A DNA stretch of 64,000 nucleotides from Aulosira sp. ZfuVER01 (GCA_034530615.2 JAVRCV020000028.1:77919-141918), one strand, 5' to 3'; positions 31,822 to 42,714 are shown, numbered from the stretch's first letter. Program-made: numbers and translations. Notes: generated from the letters alone by a model not told the origin.

Positions 31822-32748
31822 TTATCCATCATAGTTTTCTGCTGGCGGAGTTGGTCTTACAGGCTGGGAATTGCGTCGCCAACGGTTCAAACCATAAATA
31901 GCAGCAGCCAAAATCAAAAAATAAGGACTGTAAACCATTAACCAAATAGTCAGCTTGAGTAAACCAACGGTGAACTCTCCAACAGAGTTGCTAGAGTTAT
32001 TCCAAGTTTCTTGAATTTGTGCACCTAAGCCCCGTTGTGGACTGCTGCTAGAAACTGCTGCTTCTAGGTTAAGTGCGATCGTAGAGTAGGCAACTTGATT
32101 TTTTAAGTTTTTCAGTTGAGCATTGATTTGCTCAATTGATTGCCGGACATTACTAAGTTCCTGGGCAACACTTAATACATCTCTTACAGAACCAGAACGA
32201 TCCATAATTTTTTGCAAATTAGCTTCTGTTCTTTGCAGATTGCTTAATCTAGCTTGGAAATCTACTAGCTGATTGCTGACATCTTCCGCCGTGATATTGC
32301 GATTTTCTACTGTACCCAATTTAGCTAGTTCATCAAGAGTTGATTCCAGTTGATTTTGTGGTACTCGCAAGGTTATAGATGCAGTATGACGAGCGTTGTC
32401 TTTTGTGGGTTGACGTTCGTTTAACCCAATTAAGTCTCCTTGTTTGTTATTGATAATTTTAGAGACTGCATCGATACTCTGATCTACAGAGTTAACAATT
32501 ACAGTCATGGCTGCTTTTTTAATCAGTTGCGGACGGGATTGCGGTACTTGTGCTACCTCAGCTTTTTGTGCAACACTTCCCGCACTATCAGCTGGTGCAG
32601 CTTGATTGAAAGCGCGATCGCCTGCACTTTGTGTTGATGCCTGTTTTGATAGTTGCGGTGCAGAAGCACAACTGGTAAAAATCACACCTCCCAGCAGCAC
32701 ACTCATAACTAAAGCAGATTTATCAGGTAATTTAATCGAGACTGCCAT
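31822..32748 (-). CDS. DUF4349 lipoprotein
   Basis: Lipobox-like FTSC; ITLRVP, AEDVS.Q.VD..ARL, VAYSTI.L; C-terminal TM. Confidence 0.85.
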   Translation of the reverse strand: MAVSIKLPDKSALVMSVLLGGVIFTSCASAPQLSKQASTQSAGDRAFNQAAPADSAGSVAQKAEVAQVPQSRPQLIKKAAMTVIVNSVDQSIDAVSKIINNKQGDLIGLNERQPTKDNARHTASITLRVPQNQLESTLDELAKLGTVENRNITAEDVSNQLVDFQARLSNLQRTEANLQKIMDRSGSVRDVLSVAQELSNVRQSIEQINAQLKNLKNQVAYSTIALNLEAAVSSSSPQRGLGAQIQETWNNSSNSVGEFTVGLLKLTIWLMVYSPYFLILAAAIYGLNRWRRNSQPVRPTPPAENYDG

Positions 32749-32950
32749 AATTTAAACCCCAGGATAGATGAAGTTAATCTCAGTATCGCTGAGGGCAAAA
32801 GTGAAAGTTGGTATTGTTGCGATTTATGTAACAGAAATGCTAGCTCAGTTAGTTTTGTTGCTTAACAACAGCTTGTGATTTAACTCACAATTACCTGCTA
32901 TTTACTTAGATACAATCAAGACGAAAGCATAAAATAATACTTAAAAACAA

Positions 32951-33388
32951 ATGGCTTTAATACAGTTAATTTTAGTACTAGCTACAGTAATTGGTGTAGC
33001 AGATAGCAATACAATTCGTGTTAAAGATGATGCTGGCAAAACAACTACAGTTAAATTAGTGTGTATTAATACACCTAAAGAAACCAAACAGCAGTATGTT
33101 TCCGCAGCCACCAAAAAACTTCAACAACTAGTACCATCAGGTAGCCCAGTTGTCATTAGAAGCGTAGATCGAGATCAAAGTGGGCAGACACTGGGTGAAG
33201 TGTATGTAGATAATCGCTCAGTTAATCTCCGTTTGGTTGAAGAGGGTAATGCTGTTGTCGATCGAGATTCTTTATATTACTGCGAGGAAAGCAAAACCCA
33301 ATTTTTAATCGCAGAAGCCAATGCAAAAAATAAGCGTTTGGGATTGTGGCAGCAGTTTAATCTTGTAAAGACAAAGACGAGGAATTGA
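32951..33388 (+). CDS. Thermonuclease (SNase) family protein, probably catalytically inactive
   Basis: VNLRLVEEGNA and EANAKNKRLGLW are SNase hallmarks; the DGDT, RLxGIDAPE and DRYGR positions read DSNT, KLVCINTPK and DQSGQ. Confidence 0.8.
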   Translation: MALIQLILVLATVIGVADSNTIRVKDDAGKTTTVKLVCINTPKETKQQYVSAATKKLQQLVPSGSPVVIRSVDRDQSGQTLGEVYVDNRSVNLRLVEEGNAVVDRDSLYYCEESKTQFLIAEANAKNKRLGLWQQFNLVKTKTRN

Positions 33389-33395
33389 ATGTCTC

Positions 33396-33428
33396 AGATT
33401 TCCGACTTCTCGAATAAGTCGGAAATCT
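33396..33428. terminator. Hairpin after the thermonuclease gene
   Basis: AGATTTCCGACTT-CTCGAAT-AAGTCGGAAATCT followed by a T-rich tract. Confidence 0.65.
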
Positions 33429-33749
33429 TAATTTTTGTAGGCAATAGCGACTAAAACAATACGAATTTTTAACTGATAGTTAAGAGGTACAAGTCACTCA
33501 TATTACAATAAGAAACTATAATGCACTCCATCAAAAAACCAGATGCAGAGTTCTTTCCGCTTTCTTAGGTACAAAGGTGCCAAAAAAGTAGTTTTGGCAA
33601 AAGTTTAGTGCAGAATAATTGAAGAAGTTTAATTCAAAAGCCAAATCTGTATCACAGGAATGTTATTTGTAACCCTGTCTAGAGATTAATTGTCAAAATA
33701 TTTTTGAACAGCTAATACATTAGTAGCGCTGCAAATAAGAGCTAGAAGC

Positions 33750-34616
33750 ATGGAAACCAAACAGCTAGGAAAAACGGGTGTCTCTGTAAGTGCGATTGGC
33801 TTGGGTGGAATGCCGATGTCAATATCAAATCGTCCTCCCGAATCGGAATCAATTCAAGTTATCCATCGGGCTTTGGATTTGGGTATCACATTCATTGACA
33901 CCGCCGACTCTTACTGCCTAGATGAATCAGATAAGCATCACAACGAAAGACTTATTTACCAAGCACTTGGCAGCTACAAAGGCGATGTTAGCCATGTGGT
34001 TGTTGCAACCAAAGGCGGTTTGATGCGTCCTCATGGCAACTGGGTACGTAATGGGAACCCCAAACATTTACGCCAAACAATTCGTGAAAGTTTTCAGGCG
34101 TTAGGAGGTAGTAAACCGATAGATCTTTGGCAGTATCACGCCCCCGATCCTAAATACACTATTGAAGAATCTCTTGCACCAGTTAAAGAAGCGGTAGAAG
34201 CTGGTTTAATTCGGTTTGTGGGAGTTTCTAATTTTTCTGTAGAACAAATTAAGCAAGTGCGAGAGGTGATTGATATTGTCTCGGTGCAAAATCAATATAG
34301 TCCTTGGGAAAGACAGCCAGAAATTGATGGCGTTTTGAAGTATTGCGAACACGAAGGATTAACCTTTTTGCCTTGGAGTCCATTTGGTGGGAGTCGTCGC
34401 CATCAAAACTTGCAAGATATTCCCGCGATCGCACAATTAGCTCAAGAAAAAGGTGTATCAGTTTATTGTATTGTGCTGGCGTGGTTGCGTTCTAAATCGC
34501 CTGCTATTTTGCCCATACCTGGTGCTAGTAAGGTTTCCAGTATTGAAGATTCGGTGCAAGCTGTTGATGTGCAATTATCTGAGGCAGAAGTCCAAAAAAT
34601 TGATCGAGAAACGTAA
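33750..34616 (+). CDS. Aldo/keto reductase
   Basis: IGLGGM, IDTADSY, ATKGG, IDLWQYH, GVSN, VQNQYS, WSPFG, PIPG. Confidence 0.93.
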   Translation: METKQLGKTGVSVSAIGLGGMPMSISNRPPESESIQVIHRALDLGITFIDTADSYCLDESDKHHNERLIYQALGSYKGDVSHVVVATKGGLMRPHGNWVRNGNPKHLRQTIRESFQALGGSKPIDLWQYHAPDPKYTIEESLAPVKEAVEAGLIRFVGVSNFSVEQIKQVREVIDIVSVQNQYSPWERQPEIDGVLKYCEHEGLTFLPWSPFGGSRRHQNLQDIPAIAQLAQEKGVSVYCIVLAWLRSKSPAILPIPGASKVSSIEDSVQAVDVQLSEAEVQKIDRET

Positions 34617-34751
34617 TTATTAGTCATTAGCCATTGGGGATTGATGATTTTTCTCCCTTGTCCCCTTTGTCCCCCTTGTCCCTATTTTCATCAATAAATA
34701 TCTCCGTGCCCTTGTACCTAATTTGGGGTAAGATCAAAAGCCTGCCAATAA

Positions 34752-35777
<1,026 letters not shown>

Positions 35778-35849
35778 TTGCAATTAGTAATAGTTAATAG
35801 CTAATGCTATAACTCACAATTACAGCAATTTGCAATTGAATACACCATA

Positions 35850-36011
35850 GTAGGGGCACAACAATGTTTGTGCCCTTTTGATAATTTAGTCTTCAAAGCA
35901 TGTATTCCACAGCGATCGCGTCTCCGGTCAAAGTCTTGAGTGTGGTCGTAGTTTTGGTCAGTGCTGGCAAGGACAAGCAATGCTGGGTTTCCTGTCGTCA
36001 ACCCAGCCTAC
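35850..36011. repeat. Two GTAG-type REP-like hairpins
   Basis: GTAGGGGCACAACAATGTTTGTGCCC at about 35850 and, on the minus strand, GTAGGCTGGGTTGACGACAGGAAACCCAGCA ending at 36011; similar elements at about 37156-37187, 45162-45187, 62087-62135. Confidence 0.6.
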
Positions 36012-36050
36012 GGTGATCGGCGATCGCACTACGAGTGCGGAAAACGCTTT

Positions 36051-36081
36051 AACTTTCGATAAGTTCAGTAAAAAATGGAAA
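36051..36081 (+). repeat. 31-bp exact direct repeat, copy 1 (copy 2 at 37509..37539)
   Basis: AACTTTCGATAAGTTCAGTAAAAAATGGAAA read at both positions. Confidence 0.93.
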
Positions 36082-36089
36082 CATTAGGA

Positions 36090-36743
36090 CTAGAGAACAA
36101 GTTCGTCTAACTGATTAAAATCATTATGCCTGCGTTGCTTGAAAAGCAAATAATCTGGATAATTTCTTAAATCATTTTGTTTAATATCTCTAAAAAATCC
36201 TGATTTCATTCTACGAATTGCTCCGCTTAATGTCTTTGAACCACCGCCTGCTGAGAAATCAACATGCTTGAATTGAGATACTTTTTCTGATAACCCACCT
36301 TTGGTGCTTGTCTGTTTAAGCTTGCCACTTTTAACAAGTTGGTTTAGCTTCAAAGATAGCCCATACTCTTGATCCAAAGATAGGTACTCACAAAAATGAT
36401 AAACTCTGAAGCTAAAATCTGCTAGTTTTATAAGTTTATTGTCTAAATTTATATTTTGCTTTTCGATCTTTGCAATGCAGCTATCAAGTAGCTCTGCCAT
36501 ACGATCACAGACATACTGGCACAAATGTATATATTCAAGTTTGTTCGAGGATAAATAATCAATTTGAGAATGAAAATAAACCTCTGAGCTAGATATTCTA
36601 TATCCCCAAGCAATTACTTCTCCTTGATCTTCCCAAGAATCAGGAGGCTTAAACTCATTACCATATGCATCTGGGCTATTAAAGACAGATTCAATACTCA
36701 GATAAGTCGGCCCAATAAAAAATACTTTCTGTTCCATAACCAA
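36090..36743 (-). CDS. Hypothetical protein (AT-rich, accessory)
   Basis: 217-aa ORF, no family recognised. Confidence 0.65.
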   Translation of the reverse strand: MVMEQKVFFIGPTYLSIESVFNSPDAYGNEFKPPDSWEDQGEVIAWGYRISSSEVYFHSQIDYLSSNKLEYIHLCQYVCDRMAELLDSCIAKIEKQNINLDNKLIKLADFSFRVYHFCEYLSLDQEYGLSLKLNQLVKSGKLKQTSTKGGLSEKVSQFKHVDFSAGGGSKTLSGAIRRMKSGFFRDIKQNDLRNYPDYLLFKQRRHNDFNQLDELVL

Positions 36744-36992
36744 GCTTTAATTTACCAAATATGTTCTTTCATGATAAGCGTCACACAAAGGATATGGAAA
36801 GATAGAGATTTTGCTAAATCGCAGCGATTATATTCATTACAATCCTGTGCCACATCAATGCTAGGCAAGTTTAGTTTAGGCGATCGCATCTCCAAGCTAA
36901 GATTGTTGAACCACAAGAGCAGGTGATGTCTACGACGGGCTATGCCTACGCGCAAATTTGAACCAACAGACAATATGTGCGAGCGTTAGTTA

Positions 36993-37144
36993 ACAAGACG
37001 AGGACTTTCATTCACAAAGTGAGGACTTTCATTCACAAAGCGAAGACTTTCAGTTACAAAGCGAGGACTTTCAGTTACAAAGCGAAGACTTTCATTCACA
37101 AAGCGAAGACTTTCATTCACAAAGCGAGGACTTTCATTTACAAG
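36993..37144. repeat. Seven near-identical 21-bp tandem repeats ACAAAGCGARGACTTTCAKTY
   Basis: Directly visible; no spacers. Confidence 0.93.
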
Positions 37145-37343
37145 ATAAATGCTTTGGTGCGTTGCGCTACGCGACAACACACCCTACATGCACAAGCGAT
37201 GGCTTCGCCAACGCCAAGGCGATCGCGCTCGTAAAGCCACCATCACGCGGTTAAAATCAAGCGCAGATGCAAAAGCCGCTGCTAAAGAGACGGTGTAATA
37301 GGCGACTCCTTTTTTATGTGCAGATTGGTCTGATTTTTGGATT

Positions 37344-37444
37344 GCGATCGCGCATTTTGCCCAAACATAATGCCATTGGGATTGATGAAAAATAAATTGG
37401 CATTATCCAAAACTCCCAGCCTCCCCAACTTCAAAAGCGATCGC
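37344..37444 (-). pseudogene. Small fragment of a filamentous haemagglutinin TPS domain bounded by two HIP1 sites
   Basis: LGRLGVLDNANLFFINPNGIMFGQNAR versus FGTLGVDGRANLFFLNPNGIIFGSNAR in 448..5190; GCGATCGC at 37344 and 37437. Confidence 0.75.
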
Positions 37445-37508
37445 CCAGCATATGGGTGCAAATTTGTACAAAATATTAAATTTTCCAACATTAACTTAAT
37501 CAGATTTG

Positions 37509-37539
37509 AACTTTCGATAAGTTCAGTAAAAAATGGAAA
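37509..37539 (+). repeat. 31-bp exact direct repeat, copy 2, just upstream of rcaE; overlaps palindrome TGAACTT-N5-AAGTTCA (37507..37525)
   Basis: Direct reading. Confidence 0.93.
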
Positions 37540-37562
37540 TGTCCCTTTGCAGATGGATGTAG

Positions 37563-39677
37563 GTGTCTAAACGTTCCTCGAAGCAGCTAAAGCAATCTGG
37601 CGCGAAAAAATCCAAACATCAACGACGCACTTACAAGCGTCTGATTAAAACTTTATTTAAGAACGCTCATGATGCGATCGCCCTGATTGACGATCGCGGA
37701 TGTTTTGTAGATATGAATGTTGCTGCTTGTGATTTACTCGGCCTATCGCGTCAGAAACTCAAAGGGCAAGCTTTATCTACTTTCATCACTGCGGAGTTTG
37801 CTCGTCAATCTAACTCTCTTCGTTTTCCACCGGGACAATCATTGATCGGGGAACTGTTAGTTTCATCTCATGCCCAGAGCCAAAAAGAGGTGGAGTATAC
37901 TTTAACACCTAACGTAATTCCCCACTGTCATCTGCTGCAATTACGAGACATTAGTCAGCGCCGGGAATCAATGCAGGCGGAATTACGACAGCAACAGCAA
38001 CGGGTAGAACTGTTTTCGGAAGTGACGCTAAAAATTCGCCAGTCGTTACAGCTCAAGGAAATTCTGCATACCACAGTCACGGAAGTACAACGAATTCTGC
38101 AAGCCGATCGCGTGTTAATTTATCACGTATTGCCGGATAGGACAGGAAAAACCATCAGCGAAGCCGTTTTACCCGATTATCCCGCACTAATGGATCTGGA
38201 ATTTCCCCAAGAAGTCTTTCCCGAAGAGTATCAAAAACTTTATGCTCAGGGACGGGTAAGAGCGATCGCAAATGTACACGATCCGGCGGCGGGTTTGGCA
38301 GATTGTTTGGTGGAATTTGTCGATCAATTCCAGATCAAAGCCAAATTAATTGTACCGATTGTCCAAAATCTCAATGCCAACTCCCAGAATCAGCTTTGGG
38401 GTTTGTTAATCGCCCACCAATGCAGCAAATATCGTCATTGGGTGGATTTTGAGTTGGAATTGATGCAACAACTGGCAGATCAAATCAGTATTGCTTTATC
38501 TCAAGCCCAACTATTGGAAAACTTAGAAGAAGTTGTTGCAGCCCGCACCGCAGAATTACAAGAAGAAATTAATGTGCGGATGCAGGCGGAAGCAGCGTTG
38601 CGGCAGAGTGAGGAGCAATTGCGCTTAATTACCAATGCCCTACCAGTACTGATCGCCTATGTGGACGATCGCCAACAATATCGCTTTAATAATCAAGCAT
38701 ATCAGGATTGGCTGGGGCAATCTCCTCAAGAAATTTACGGTTCCCACCTGCGTCAGGTTTGGGGAGAAGATTGTTATCAAAGGATGCAAGTGTATGTGAA
38801 AACAGCTTTATCTGGTCAAGCCGTAAACTATGAAAATGATATTGTTTTAAAAGATGGGAGTTGGCGATCGGTTGATGTCACTTACATCCCTGATGTAGAT
38901 AACCAAAATGCGGTGAAGGGATTTTTCGCATTGAGTAGTGATATTAGCGATCGCAAAGCCATTGAACGGATGAAAGACGAATTCATTTCTGTGATCAGCC
39001 ATGAACTGCGGACTCCCTTAACTTCGTTGCACAGTGCCCTAAAAATCTTAGCTACAGGGCGATTGGGCAATCTCTCAGATGAAGGACAACAAATGCTAGG
39101 AATTGCCGATGATAGTACTGAACGGTTAGTACGTTTAGTCAACAACGTCCTCGATTTACAGCGTATTGAGTCTGGCAAAGTGATCATGGAGTGCCAAGCC
39201 TGCAATGCTGCTAATTTGATGATCCAAGCATCAGAGGCAATGCAAGCAATGGCACAACAGCATGAAATAACTTTAGTTAAACAACCACAAGATATCTCAG
39301 TGTGGGCAGATGCAGATTACATCTTGCAAGCTTTAACAAATTTACTTAGTAATGCCATCAAGTTTTCATCACCAGGGGGGACTGTTTGGCTAACCGTCGA
39401 ACAAGAAGAAAGCTTGCCAATCCCCACAGAAGTGGTGTTTCGAGTGCGAGACGAAGGACAAGGCATTCCTGCCGATCAACTCGAACGGATCTTTGAACGG
39501 TTTCAACAAGTAGATTCATCAGATTCCCGCAAAAAAGGTGGTACTGGTTTAGGGCTGACCATCTGTCGCAAAATTATTGAACAACACAACGGCAGAATTT
39601 GGGCTGAGAGTACTCCAGGTTATGGAAGCACCTTTGCATTCACATTACCTACCCTTGACAGCGCCAATATCTCATGA
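37563..39677 (+). CDS. rcaE: Green/red cyanobacteriochrome sensor kinase RcaE (PAS-GAF-PAS-HK)
   Basis: Counting from the GTG gives E217, C248, L249 and K261, the bilin Cys and protochromic triad known for RcaE; SHELRTPL H-box; followed by rcaF and rcaC. Confidence 0.95.
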   Translation: MSKRSSKQLKQSGAKKSKHQRRTYKRLIKTLFKNAHDAIALIDDRGCFVDMNVAACDLLGLSRQKLKGQALSTFITAEFARQSNSLRFPPGQSLIGELLVSSHAQSQKEVEYTLTPNVIPHCHLLQLRDISQRRESMQAELRQQQQRVELFSEVTLKIRQSLQLKEILHTTVTEVQRILQADRVLIYHVLPDRTGKTISEAVLPDYPALMDLEFPQEVFPEEYQKLYAQGRVRAIANVHDPAAGLADCLVEFVDQFQIKAKLIVPIVQNLNANSQNQLWGLLIAHQCSKYRHWVDFELELMQQLADQISIALSQAQLLENLEEVVAARTAELQEEINVRMQAEAALRQSEEQLRLITNALPVLIAYVDDRQQYRFNNQAYQDWLGQSPQEIYGSHLRQVWGEDCYQRMQVYVKTALSGQAVNYENDIVLKDGSWRSVDVTYIPDVDNQNAVKGFFALSSDISDRKAIERMKDEFISVISHELRTPLTSLHSALKILATGRLGNLSDEGQQMLGIADDSTERLVRLVNNVLDLQRIESGKVIMECQACNAANLMIQASEAMQAMAQQHEITLVKQPQDISVWADADYILQALTNLLSNAIKFSSPGGTVWLTVEQEESLPIPTEVVFRVRDEGQGIPADQLERIFERFQQVDSSDSRKKGGTGLGLTICRKIIEQHNGRIWAESTPGYGSTFAFTLPTLDSANIS

Positions 39678-39688
39678 GGGGGGGAGCT

Positions 39689-40063
39689 ATGCATACAAAG
39701 CGGATTTTAATTATTGATGACGAAGAAACCATTCAAACCGTTGTGCAATTTGGCATCAGAATGGCGGCGGGATGGGAAGTATTCACTGCCAGTTCTGGTT
39801 TTGAAGGTATCCAAACTGCCCAAACTCAAAAACCCGATGTGATTTTGTTGGATGTGATGATGCCAGAAATGGATGGTATTGCTACCTTTAAAGAACTCCA
39901 GTCTCATTCCGAGACAGAACAAATTCCGGTGATTCTGTTAACTGCCAAAGCACAAACGGCAGAAAAGCGCCAGTTTAATGATTTGGGAGTTAGTGGTGTA
40001 ATTACCAAACCTTTTAACTCGCTGGATTTACCGGAGCAAATTACTAGAATTCTCCATTGGTAG
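39689..40063 (+). CDS. rcaF: Single-domain response regulator RcaF
   Basis: ILIIDDE...ILLDVMMP...LTA...KPF; lies directly between rcaE and rcaC. Confidence 0.93.
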   Translation: MHTKRILIIDDEETIQTVVQFGIRMAAGWEVFTASSGFEGIQTAQTQKPDVILLDVMMPEMDGIATFKELQSHSETEQIPVILLTAKAQTAEKRQFNDLGVSGVITKPFNSLDLPEQITRILHW

Positions 40064-40071
40064 CTGCATCG

Positions 40072-42015
40072 ATGAAAATCTTACTTGTGGAAGATGATGA
40101 CCTATTAATTAAAGTTCTGACCAAAAATTTAGCAACGCATCACTATATTGTAGATGTCGTGAAAGATGGGGAAATGGGGTGGACTTATGGTTCCAGCTTT
40201 GAGTATGACCTGATTGTACTGGATATCATGTTGCCGAAGTTGGATGGTATCAGCTTATGCAAGCGTTTCCGGACACAAGGATACAGCCACCCAATTATGT
40301 TACTGACAGCGCAAGATAATATTACCGCCAAAGTACAGGGATTGGATGCAGGCGCAGATGATTATGTAGTCAAACCTTTCGATCCCATAGAACTGATCGC
40401 CAGAATTCGGGCATTACTGAGGCGAGGAAGTAACAATCCTTTTCCCTTACTGACTTGGGGGGATTTGCTCCTCAACCCCAGTACTTGTGAAGTTACCTAT
40501 AATGGTCGCCCCCTGAACCTGACCACAATGGAATATGATTTGCTAGAAGTGCTGCTGCGGGACTGCCAGCACGTATTTAGCACTGAAGAACTTCTAGATC
40601 GATTATGGTCTTCAGAAGATTTTCCTTCTGAGGCAACAGTACGTTCCCATATCCGGCGGGTGCGGCATAAGCTGGTAGCTGCGGGTGCTCCCCAGGATTT
40701 CATTGCTACCATGCACGGACGGGGCTACTACCTGAAAGCACCTAGCACGGAAGAATCGACTGTCTTATCTACAACACCTCCAGAGAATAATTCTCGGAGT
40801 TTCGCTGGTATAGCTGCGTCTAGAGAAATCGGAGGCGATTCCCCTCAATATCTGACTCCAGCCGACTCCCAACAACAATATCTAGCCTTCCTCAACGAGA
40901 CTTGGACAACAACTAAACCGAAAAGTCTCGACCAGATGAGCATTTTGTTACAAATAGTCAGAGACTTACAAACCAATAAACTCACACCTCAAAAACAAGC
41001 ACAGGCGCAAGAAATTGCTCACAAACTAGCGGGGACGCTGGGAATCTTTGGGCTAACCAAGACAATGCACATTGCCCGGCAATTAGAGTATTGGTTGGGA
41101 GGTAGAGAGCCACTGCAACCGAAACACGCGCCATTGATGAAAACTCTGGTAACGGCTCTCCAGCAAGACATTGATGATACCACACTGATCCAGTTGTCCC
41201 AAATTCCCAATGGGCAGTCACCGCTGTTGCTCATCGTCAGTTCGGATACTGAGTTCAACTCTTCCGTAGTAACTGTAGCAGCAAGTCGGGGAATTCGCAT
41301 TGAGATTATTCCGGCACCAGATGTAGCTCAAGCCTTACTCACAAACGAGTCTGTCCTTGATGGTTTAGGTCAAGATCCTGATGTCATCCTGATGCGGTTG
41401 CCTGCAATTGTATCGGAATTGCCTACTCCGCAACTAAGTAACTTTTGGGAGACATTGCAGACATTCGCACACCGTTACCCTGACTTACCAATTGTGGTAA
41501 TGAGCGATCGCGGTGAATTGAGCGATCGCTTGGAGGCGATGCGGCGGGGTGGAAAACTGTTTCTTGCAGGGCCGACTCCAGCGGAGCAAGTGATTGATGC
41601 TGTAGTCAATTTGTTACGAGGGCCAGAGACGCCCAACAAGGTGATGATTCTCGATGACGATCAAGATTGGTTACGCACTCTCCCCACCCTGCTGAAACCT
41701 TGGGGATTTAAGGTAACAACCCTTGCCGATCCGCAACAATTTTGGACGGTATTGCAAGCAGTCACCCCAGATGTCTTAGTGTTAGATGTAAATATGCCAC
41801 AAATCAATGGATTTGAACTTTGCCAGATTCTCCGTAGTGACCCTTATTGGCAGCGGTTGCCAGTATTATTTCTCAGTGTGCTAACAGGCTCCGAAATCGC
41901 AAATCAAGCTTTTACCGTCGGTGCGGATGATTATCTGTGTAAGCCTGTTAAAGGAGTTGAACTGGCTAACCGGATTCTGCGGCGATTACAAAGAGTCAAA
42001 GCATGGGCGAGTTGA
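40072..42015 (+). CDS. rcaC: OmpR-class regulator RcaC (receiver-wHTH-Hpt-pseudo-receiver-receiver)
   Basis: MKILLVEDD receiver; wHTH VRSHIRRVRHKL...GRGY; Hpt AHKLAG; C-terminal receiver DVLVLD...KP. Confidence 0.94.
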   Translation: MKILLVEDDDLLIKVLTKNLATHHYIVDVVKDGEMGWTYGSSFEYDLIVLDIMLPKLDGISLCKRFRTQGYSHPIMLLTAQDNITAKVQGLDAGADDYVVKPFDPIELIARIRALLRRGSNNPFPLLTWGDLLLNPSTCEVTYNGRPLNLTTMEYDLLEVLLRDCQHVFSTEELLDRLWSSEDFPSEATVRSHIRRVRHKLVAAGAPQDFIATMHGRGYYLKAPSTEESTVLSTTPPENNSRSFAGIAASREIGGDSPQYLTPADSQQQYLAFLNETWTTTKPKSLDQMSILLQIVRDLQTNKLTPQKQAQAQEIAHKLAGTLGIFGLTKTMHIARQLEYWLGGREPLQPKHAPLMKTLVTALQQDIDDTTLIQLSQIPNGQSPLLLIVSSDTEFNSSVVTVAASRGIRIEIIPAPDVAQALLTNESVLDGLGQDPDVILMRLPAIVSELPTPQLSNFWETLQTFAHRYPDLPIVVMSDRGELSDRLEAMRRGGKLFLAGPTPAEQVIDAVVNLLRGPETPNKVMILDDDQDWLRTLPTLLKPWGFKVTTLADPQQFWTVLQAVTPDVLVLDVNMPQINGFELCQILRSDPYWQRLPVLFLSVLTGSEIANQAFTVGADDYLCKPVKGVELANRILRRLQRVKAWAS

Positions 42016-42069
42016 TTCATTTGTCATTTGTCCCCATCCCCAATTTTCTATCTTCAAAGCACACTTATT

Positions 42070-42714
42070 ATGGTCGCAACCGCACCCCTGGCAGAAACAA
42101 GAACTTTACTGAAAAACATCAGTTGGCAGACATTCAAACTCATGCTGGCTGAGATGGGAAGCGAGCGTCAATCTCGACTCGCTTACAATAATCAAATACT
42201 AGAAATTATGACCCCACTAATGCCACACGAAAACTCCAACCGCATGATTGAAGGTTTTATTGTGGTGTTATTAGAAGAATGCGATCGCGAGTTTAGACGT
42301 TCTGGCTCATTGACTTTGACACGAGATGATTTAGAAAGTGGGGGAGAGCCAGATAGTAGCTACTACATTGATAATGAATTATTGGTTAGAGATAAAGACA
42401 ATATTGACCTAGGAATTGATCCACCACCAGACTTGGTGCTAGAAGTGGAATACTCTCGTCCAGCTATCGATAAGTTGCGCCTTTACGCTGCACTTGGTAT
42501 CCCCGAATTTTGGCGCTACAACGGTAGCGTATTGCGAATTTACACACTCAGAGATAGGCAATACATAGAAATCCAGGCTAGCCCTACTTTTGCTCTAGTG
42601 CCAGTTAAAGAAATTCCCCGGTTTATTCAAGAAGCTAGAAAAAATGGAGAAAATAAAACTACTTGTGCTTTTCGCGCTTGGGTAAGACAGCATTTGTCAG
42701 CCACACAACAGTAG
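42070..42714 (+). CDS. Uma2 (DUF820) family endonuclease
   Basis: LEIMTP..PHE, EPDSSYY, PPPDLVLEVE, YAALGIPEFW. Confidence 0.9.
   Translation: MVATAPLAETRTLLKNISWQTFKLMLAEMGSERQSRLAYNNQILEIMTPLMPHENSNRMIEGFIVVLLEECDREFRRSGSLTLTRDDLESGGEPDSSYYIDNELLVRDKDNIDLGIDPPPDLVLEVEYSRPAIDKLRLYAALGIPEFWRYNGSVLRIYTLRDRQYIEIQASPTFALVPVKEIPRFIQEARKNGENKTTCAFRAWVRQHLSATQQ

Noticed and set aside
36993..37144. Possible CRISPR array
   Set aside because: Repeats are contiguous with no unique spacers, and no cas genes are present.
37455..37471. Possible L-box upstream of rcaE (minus strand TTGTACA-AAT-TTGCACC)
   Set aside because: Spacer is 3 rather than 4 nt and both half-sites are imperfect.
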